Shown here one piece after another: positions 57,972 through 64,000 of a stretch of DNA of 64,000 bases. Position 1 is the first letter of the stretch; each line of letters starts with the position of its first letter. The notes beneath the pieces are model-generated. The model was not told where the DNA came from, searched no databases, and saw nothing but the letters and a program-made list of their open reading frames with translations. The stretch covers positions 418 through 64,417 of the forward strand of contig CALVSI010000005.1 of NCBI GenBank assembly GCA_944358985.1, read 5' to 3'. A program made the translations under genes and the position numbers. The DNA is from an uncultured Bacilli bacterium (GTDB lineage: Bacteria > Bacillota_I > Bacilli_A > RFN20 > CAG-826).

Positions 57972-58870
57972 CTTGTGGTGTGATATTAGCACTTTTAACT
58001 TCTTGTGATATAAATGGAAACAATTCTAGTTCTTTTACTTATGTTGGTCCAAATTCTTCTTCAAATATTTTTGTTTATAATATAGATTTTTCAAAAAAAG
58101 ACGACCTATCAAATTTAATTGAAACTTTTACTGATAAAACTTTAAGTATCAAAGAAATTGAGAGTGTTTTAAAGATATTAAACACAAACGACTTACATGC
58201 GAACAATTCAAAATTAACTATTAAAGAATCAAATTTGTATGATTATTCTAATAACGACAATGCTGAAACTGTATTTGACGCAAATAATTTTGATTCGCTT
58301 TTAGAAATGAATTTAACACGCGATAATGATAATTACAATGTTACTGGTGATGCAACGTTTGATTACTATGGAATTGATGAAGACGGCACAGTAAAAGATT
58401 ACGATATAAATGATGGAAAATATTTTGTAAATATTGATATAACTTCATCTACAATAATGCAAATTCTTGACCTAAAAGAAGAAACGTTAAATAAAGAATA
58501 TTCCTATTATTTAACTGATTATAATTTGCAAAACTCCCTTAATTTAACACAAACAGATTATTTTTTAGATGCAATAAACGATATCAAATCTTCAACATTT
58601 TATTCTGAAAACGAAAAGGCATTTTATGGCGAAATAAAAGATGATTCATCCATAAATTTGGGTGTTATTGCTAAAAAATTATTTAGCGTTAATAGTGAAG
58701 AGACAAAGCCCCATACTATTAGTTATTCAACAACTGTCGATATTGTTTTAAAGGACGGAATGATAACAAAATTAGTCTATTCTGATCTAGTAGAAGCCGA
58801 ATTTACCGAAGAAAAAGAAACGAAATTATTAGAAAAAAAAACTATTACTAACGAATTAAGTATAATCTAA
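57944..58870 (+). CDS. hypothetical lipoprotein
   Basis: 308 aa. Signal peptide with lipobox LLTSC, an Asn/Asp/Ser-rich mature part with no recognisable motif. SD GGGAGG lies inside the tadA 3' end, with a 28-nt overlap. Confidence 0.75.
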   Translation: MQKINASILTCGVILALLTSCDINGNNSSSFTYVGPNSSSNIFVYNIDFSKKDDLSNLIETFTDKTLSIKEIESVLKILNTNDLHANNSKLTIKESNLYDYSNNDNAETVFDANNFDSLLEMNLTRDNDNYNVTGDATFDYYGIDEDGTVKDYDINDGKYFVNIDITSSTIMQILDLKEETLNKEYSYYLTDYNLQNSLNLTQTDYFLDAINDIKSSTFYSENEKAFYGEIKDDSSINLGVIAKKLFSVNSEETKPHTISYSTTVDIVLKDGMITKLVYSDLVEAEFTEEKETKLLEKKTITNELSII

Positions 58871-58925
58871 TACAAAACTAATTTTCCTCTTTTTAAAAGT
58901 TTAAATACAATATAATATTGTATAT

Positions 58926-61388
58926 ATGAATATTTTTAATATTTTTAAAAAGAAAAAACACTCAATTAATGTAGATAGAGTAGAAGCGGATTTAAATTTT
59001 GGTCTTAATGATGAGCAAGTAGATTTAAGAATAAAGGAAAAACTTACTAACAAAACCAAAAAAATAGTTGGGAAAAGTTATCCTGAAATTTTTATAAAAA
59101 ACCTATGCTCGTTTTATAACATTTTGCTTTGTATCATTGCAATTTTATTGATATATGGCGGACAGTATTTTTCGTTATTTTTCATTGTTATTTATCTTGC
59201 CAATTTGATAATAGGCTTATATCAAGATATTAAAGCCAGAAGATTATTAACGAAACTTCAAATAATGACACAAGCCAAAATTGAAGTTATTAGAAATGGT
59301 AAAGTTGTTACCATACCAGTAGATGAAATAGTGTTGGATGATATTATAATTTTAAAATCTTCTAATCAAGTCCCTGTTGACGGCGTTATTTTAGATTCTG
59401 TTCTTGGTGTTAATGAATCAATGCTTACAGGCGAATCTCAAACCATCTATTTAAAGAAAGGCGATAAAATATTAAGTGGATCATATATTACTTCTGGAAG
59501 TGCAAAAATTAGAGCGATGCATGTTGGAAATGATAATTATGTTCAAAAACTTGAAAAAGAAGCCAGAAAGAAAAAAGCCTCAAAATCCCAATTAAAAAAA
59601 GATTTAGATAATTTATTTAAAGTAATTGGTTCAATTGTTATTTTGGTTAGCGTTTTAACATTTGCAAGTCAATGGAATAATTTAATTGATAATTTTCAAA
59701 ACACGATAGGATTTGTAGCGGGTTCTCTTGTATCTATGATACCTGCAGGATTATATTTGCTTTCATCAGTTACACTTACTGTCGGGGTATTAAACTTATA
59801 TAAAAAAAGAACAATGGTTCAAGATTTTTATGCACTTGAAATGCTCGCTCGTTCGAATTGTTTATGTTTAGATAAAACCGGCACCATTACTGATGGAACA
59901 ATGTCGATGAATGAATTGGTTTTAATTGATAAATCTTATAAAGAAGAAGATATAGAATTAATAATTGCTAATATTTTAAGTGCGACAAAAGATGATAATG
60001 CAACCGCGAAAGCATTAAAAAAAGCATTTCCATTTAATGCAACTGAGGAAGCTATTTATATTTCTAGTTTTAATAGCGAAAACAAATATTCTTTTGTGAC
60101 TTTTAAAAAGAATACATATGTTTTAGGAGCCGCTGATGGGATGAAAATGGATGGGAAAGAAAAAATTTTGAAACTTATTCAAACTTATACCGCCAGCGGA
60201 AAACGCGTTATTTTATTAGGAAAAGGAAAAGAAAAACAACTAGATGGCACAACTTTAAACTGCAAAGTTGAGCCATTAGCTATTGTCGTATTGGAAGACC
60301 ACATAAAAGAAGACGCAAAAGATACCATTAAATGGTTTCAAGAAAATGATGTTAAAGTTAGAGTTATTTCTGGTGATGATGCCCTGACAGTTTCACAAAT
60401 CGCTCGTCGTGTTGATATTAAAAATGCCGAAAATTATATTTCTTTAAGCGGATTAACCAACAAAGAAGTTAAAGAAGTTGCAACAAAATATACTGTTTTT
60501 GGTAGAGTAACCCCAGAACAAAAAGAAATCTTAGTTGAAACATTTAAAGAAAATGGTGAAGTTGTCGCTATGACTGGTGATGGTGTTAATGATATTTTAG
60601 CTTTAAGAAAAGCGGATTGTTCAATCGCGATGGCTAATGGTTCAGACGCTGCACAAAACGTTTCGCAGCTCGTTATGCTTGATTCTAATTTTGCCTCTCT
60701 TCCAAGTGTTGTTGCTGAAGGAAGAAGAGTTATAAATAATTTACAAAGAACTTGTTCTTTGTTTTTAGTTAAAACAATATTTGCAATGACTCTATCAATT
60801 ATATTTGTAATTTTAGGATTCTTTAATGGCGATGTTTATCCATTTAAAACAAATCATTTGTATTTATGGGAATTTACAGTAATTGGTTTAGGATCGTTTT
60901 TTGTTGCATTAGAGCCAAACAAAGATATTTTAAAAGGAAAATTCATACCAAATATTTTAAAAGGCGCTGTTCCTGGTGCGATTATGATGCTTACATCTGT
61001 TGGAATTATGGAATTGTTAAAATATTTGCAGCAAGCAAACATTGCTTATACTGGAGTGTTTAATGATGAAATTTTCTTAACTATGTGTTTTGTATTATTT
61101 TCTATTTTATCTCTTGGAAATTTATATCGAGTTTGTACGCCTTTTTCAAAATATAGATTAATTGTTTTTATTAGTATGGTGACACTAAATTTAGTAGGGA
61201 TGGGCTTTGGTGTTTTGCTTGAATATACAGTTGGATTCACATCGTTATTTAGTGTTAATTTTGAATCATTAATAGGAATAAATTATATTGAAATGCTAGT
61301 GATTATTATTGGTTTATTAGGTGTGTATTTAATTGGCACTTCTTTGATGAATTTAATAATAAATCATAGAAAGGAAAGCAAAAAATGA
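58926..61388 (+). CDS. cation-transporting P-type ATPase (P2-like, ion specificity unknown)
   Basis: 820 aa. Actuator TGES, phosphorylation site DKTGTITDG, hinge TGDGVNDILAL, and about 10 TM segments. Confidence 0.9.
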   Translation: MNIFNIFKKKKHSINVDRVEADLNFGLNDEQVDLRIKEKLTNKTKKIVGKSYPEIFIKNLCSFYNILLCIIAILLIYGGQYFSLFFIVIYLANLIIGLYQDIKARRLLTKLQIMTQAKIEVIRNGKVVTIPVDEIVLDDIIILKSSNQVPVDGVILDSVLGVNESMLTGESQTIYLKKGDKILSGSYITSGSAKIRAMHVGNDNYVQKLEKEARKKKASKSQLKKDLDNLFKVIGSIVILVSVLTFASQWNNLIDNFQNTIGFVAGSLVSMIPAGLYLLSSVTLTVGVLNLYKKRTMVQDFYALEMLARSNCLCLDKTGTITDGTMSMNELVLIDKSYKEEDIELIIANILSATKDDNATAKALKKAFPFNATEEAIYISSFNSENKYSFVTFKKNTYVLGAADGMKMDGKEKILKLIQTYTASGKRVILLGKGKEKQLDGTTLNCKVEPLAIVVLEDHIKEDAKDTIKWFQENDVKVRVISGDDALTVSQIARRVDIKNAENYISLSGLTNKEVKEVATKYTVFGRVTPEQKEILVETFKENGEVVAMTGDGVNDILALRKADCSIAMANGSDAAQNVSQLVMLDSNFASLPSVVAEGRRVINNLQRTCSLFLVKTIFAMTLSIIFVILGFFNGDVYPFKTNHLYLWEFTVIGLGSFFVALEPNKDILKGKFIPNILKGAVPGAIMMLTSVGIMELLKYLQQANIAYTGVFNDEIFLTMCFVLFSILSLGNLYRVCTPFSKYRLIVFISMVTLNLVGMGFGVLLEYTVGFTSLFSVNFESLIGINYIEMLVIIIGLLGVYLIGTSLMNLIINHRKESKK

Positions 61389-62296
61389 TTAAGATTTCTC
61401 CTAAAGTTGAAGAAGCATTAAAAAATAATAAACCTGTTGTGGCATTAGAAACCACGATTATATCGCACGGAATGCCGTATCCAGATAATATAAATACTGC
61501 TTATGAAGTAGAAAAAATTATCGAAGAAAATGGTGCTGTTCCAGCAACTATTGGAATAATTGATGGCGTAGCGGTTATCGGTATGAGTCATGATGAAATT
61601 AAAGAATTTGGTCTAAGAAAAGATATTAAAAAAGTTTCGCGTCGTGATTTGTCATATGTATATAGTAAAAAATTATGGGGTGCAACAACAGTTGCCGCCA
61701 CTATGATATTAGCAAAGCAAGCCGGCATTGAAATTTTTGTTACGGGTGGTGTAGGAGGCGTTCATAGAAACGCTCAACAAACTTTTGATATTAGTGCTGA
61801 TCTTCAAGAACTATCTAAAACTGGTGTTACTGTTATTTGTGCTGGCTGCAAATCTATTTTAGATTTGCCATTAACAATGGAATATTTAGAAACAATGGGA
61901 GTGCCGATTTTTGGATACCAAACAAACGAACTACCAGCTTTTTATACAAGTAAATCAAATATTAAACTTGAATATCAATTATCTAATCCAAAAGAAGCTG
62001 CTGATGTGATATATGAACAAAGAATTAATAAATTAGACAATGGAATTTTAATTACAAATCCTATTCCAAAAGAAGCAGAAATGGATGCAAATTTTATTGA
62101 GTCTATTATTAAAGAAGCGGTTTTTAAAGCAAACACATTAGGTATCAAAGGAAAAGAGATAACCCCTTATCTTTTAAAAACAATTGTCGAGATGACTAAA
62201 GGAGATTCTTTAAAAGCTAATATTGCATTAATATTAAATAATGCAAAATTAGGAGCACAAATTGCAAAAGAATACGCTAAAATAAAAAGCAAGTAG
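61385..62296 (+). CDS. psuG: pseudouridine-5'-phosphate glycosidase
   Basis: 303 aa. VVALETTIISHGMPYP and GGVGGVHR motifs of the IndA/PsuG family. ATGA overlap with the ATPase stop. Confidence 0.9.
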   Translation: MIKISPKVEEALKNNKPVVALETTIISHGMPYPDNINTAYEVEKIIEENGAVPATIGIIDGVAVIGMSHDEIKEFGLRKDIKKVSRRDLSYVYSKKLWGATTVAATMILAKQAGIEIFVTGGVGGVHRNAQQTFDISADLQELSKTGVTVICAGCKSILDLPLTMEYLETMGVPIFGYQTNELPAFYTSKSNIKLEYQLSNPKEAADVIYEQRINKLDNGILITNPIPKEAEMDANFIESIIKEAVFKANTLGIKGKEITPYLLKTIVEMTKGDSLKANIALILNNAKLGAQIAKEYAKIKSK

Positions 62297-62305
62297 GGAA
62301 AGAAA

Positions 62306-62872
62306 ATGATAAAAACAGAATATCGCTTAGCAAACGCTTTAAAAGAGTTAATGTCTCAAGATAAATCATTAGATGATATATCTGTTACTCTTTTGACTAA
62401 AAAATGCAAAATAAATCGCCAAACTTTTTATTATCATTTTCATGATATTTATGATTTGCTTACTCTTGTATTTTTAAATGAAGAAATTCCTCATATTAAA
62501 GAGGTAAAAGATTTGAATCAACTTTTGGAAATTATATTTAGTTATTATAAAGAAAATTCTCGTTTTTTAGACGGAGTAATTCAAAGTGCATGTAAAGATT
62601 TATTATCAGAGTTTTTGTTTAACAATTGTTATCAAACAATTTTTAGAATTGTAAATTTACATAATGATAGTAAACAAATTACTTTGAGTGAAAGAAAAAC
62701 AATTGCAAGATTATATGCAGCAGGCTTTAGCTACACTATTGCATTCTATTTTCAAAATAGTAAAAGAAAAACGCTAGAAGGATTAAAAAATAATTTCTTG
62801 TTAATTAATGATAATTCTTTGCAAAACTCAATTAAAAATATAATAAATGCGAGAAAAAATAATGGAAAATAG
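62306..62872 (+). CDS. TetR-family regulator, DhaS-like subgroup
   Basis: 188 aa. HTH ISVTLLTKKCKINRQTFYYHFHDIYDLL is typical of the dihydroxyacetone-kinase-regulator-type TetR subgroup. Confidence 0.75.
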   Translation: MIKTEYRLANALKELMSQDKSLDDISVTLLTKKCKINRQTFYYHFHDIYDLLTLVFLNEEIPHIKEVKDLNQLLEIIFSYYKENSRFLDGVIQSACKDLLSEFLFNNCYQTIFRIVNLHNDSKQITLSERKTIARLYAAGFSYTIAFYFQNSKRKTLEGLKNNFLLINDNSLQNSIKNIINARKNNGK

Positions 62873-64000
62873 TTATACATTAAATCTAACAACAAAATTA
62901 TTTTTTGGAAAAGATGAGCATTTAAAAATAGGAAAAATTTTAAATGAATACAATTTTCATAATGTTTTAACTGTATATGGAAAAAACAGTGCTGTTAAAA
63001 GCGGATTGATTCAAACTATCACTGATTGTTTAAAAGAATATAATATTGATTATTGTTTTTTGAGTGGAGTGCGTGCTAACCCCACAATTGATTTGGTAAG
63101 AAATGGATTAGAATTAGCAAAAAAAGAAAACATCGATTTTATTTTATGTGTCGGTGGTGGTTCGGTTATTGATACAGGAAAATTAATAGCCACATCATTT
63201 TATTATAACGGAGATCCTTTTGATATTTCTCGTCATATATTTTCACCTACTAGACGCATTGAATTTGGTGTTATTTTGACTGTAAGTGGTTCTGGATCAG
63301 AAATGTCAAATTCATGCGTTATACAAGATGATAAACTTGGAATAAAGTTAGGATATACGAGTCAATTAAATAGACCTCTTTTTGCTATTTGTAATCCTTG
63401 CTTAACTTTTACTGTAAGTTATAAGCAAACATGTATCGGCATAGTTGATACTTTAATGCACACTTTAGAAAGATATTTTTCTTACGATAGCAATGAAAAT
63501 CCCCTTGCGGATGATTTTGCTGTTGGTCTTTTAAAAAATGTAATTAATAATTCTATCAACATAAAAGAAAATCTTTTTAACTATGATGTAAGAAGTAATT
63601 TGATGTTAGCGTCTAGTTTTTCACATAACGGAATCACTTCAATTAATAAGGAATATGTAATGCCTGTTCATAAACTAGAACACGTTATAAGTGCACTTTA
63701 TCCTGATGTTAGTCATGGAGAAGGGCTTTCTATTTTATTTATTGCTTGGGCAAAGTATTATTATGTTTATGAAATAGATAAATTTGATTACCTTGGACGA
63801 AATCTTTTTCATCTTTCTTTTAAAAGCAAATATGAAAATGCTAAAATGTGTGTAAATGAATTTGAAAAGTTTTTTAAATCATTGAATATGCCAACTAGTT
63901 TTAAAGACTTAAATCTTGTTGTTGATAGTAATCTATTAGTACAAAAATTATTGGAAAGTGGTACACGTGTGATTGGCCACAGAAACAAAGATATGGATTT
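62862..64000 (+). CDS. iron-containing (group III) alcohol dehydrogenase, 3'-truncated by the window end
   Basis: Not in the ORF track because it has no stop in the window. My manual translation of about the first 210 codons from ATG 62862 reads MENSYTLNLTTKLFFGKDEH...CVGGGSVIDTGK...VSGSGSEMS...DTLMHTLERYF. These are the GGGS NAD(P) site and metal-site region of YqhD/butanol-dehydrogenase-type enzymes. Confidence 0.85.
   Translation, partial: MENSYTLNLTTKLFFGKDEHLKIGKILNEYNFHNVLTVYGKNSAVKSGLIQTITDCLKEYNIDYCFLSGVRANPTIDLVRNGLELAKKENIDFILCVGGGSVIDTGKLIATSFYYNGDPFDISRHIFSPTRRIEFGVILTVSGSGSEMSNSCVIQDDKLGIKLGYTSQLNRPLFAICNPCLTFTVSYKQTCIGIVDTLMHTLERYFSYDSNENPLADDFAVGLLKNVINNSINIKENLFNYDVRSNLMLASSFSHNGITSINKEYVMPVHKLEHVISALYPDVSHGEGLSILFIAWAKYYYVYEIDKFDYLGRNLFHLSFKSKYENAKMCVNEFEKFFKSLNMPTSFKDLNLVVDSNLLVQKLLESGTRVIGHRNKDMD

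Overview
This window is the chromosomal replication-origin region of a very AT-rich bacterium that uses the standard genetic code. All conserved genes are intact with TGA as stop; rlmH, for example, ends in TGA. Gene content and order look like a Bacillota/Mycoplasmatota-type genome, possibly Acholeplasma- or Erysipelotrichia-like, but taxonomy cannot be settled from the sequence alone.

dnaA (46935..48290, minus) and rpmH (48719..48853, plus) diverge from a 428-nt spacer full of TTTTCCACA/TGTGGAAAA DnaA boxes. A second box pair plus a trinucleotide repeat lies in the dnaA-dnaN spacer. Gene orientation flips at this point. To the left lie mostly minus-strand genes:
- dnaA-dnaN-yaaA-recF-gyrB-gyrA-GT4-serS
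- pth-mfd-yabO-tilS-ftsH-dusB-lysS
- rpsF-ssb-rpsR-gdpP-rplI-dnaB-walJ-rlmH

To the right the genes are all plus-strand: rpmH-rnpA-yidC-jag-mnmE-tatD-rnmV-rsmA-ispE-glmU, SRP RNA, tadA, a lipoprotein, a P-type ATPase, psuG, a TetR-like gene and a truncated Fe-ADH.

An accessory segment of about 20 kb (16.9-37.2 kb) interrupts the core. It carries:
- a GH13 enzyme, mgsA and a nicotinamidase-like hydrolase
- a minimal UDP-L-FucNAc/UDP-uronate glycan locus with no flippase or polymerase
- a LemA gene coupled to a 617-aa uncharacterised membrane protein
- a HAD hydrolase
- a TetR gene with duplicated operators and a heterodimeric ABC exporter
- a codon-optimised ppdK

I found one ncRNA that the ORF track cannot show: a short-form SRP RNA at 57396..57477, ending 5 nt before the tadA start codon. 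I saw no CRISPR array, transposase, integrase, phage gene, tRNA or rRNA.

The most unexplained item is the LemA plus 617-aa membrane-protein pair, which sits directly upstream of the glycan locus. A recurring promoter geometry, a -10 box 6-10 nt before an ATG with no Shine-Dalgarno, suggests several leaderless mRNAs. Most of the window is ordinary core genome. I have no evidence that any of this amounts to a new system beyond what is stated. No GC-skew, homology or folding computation could be run.
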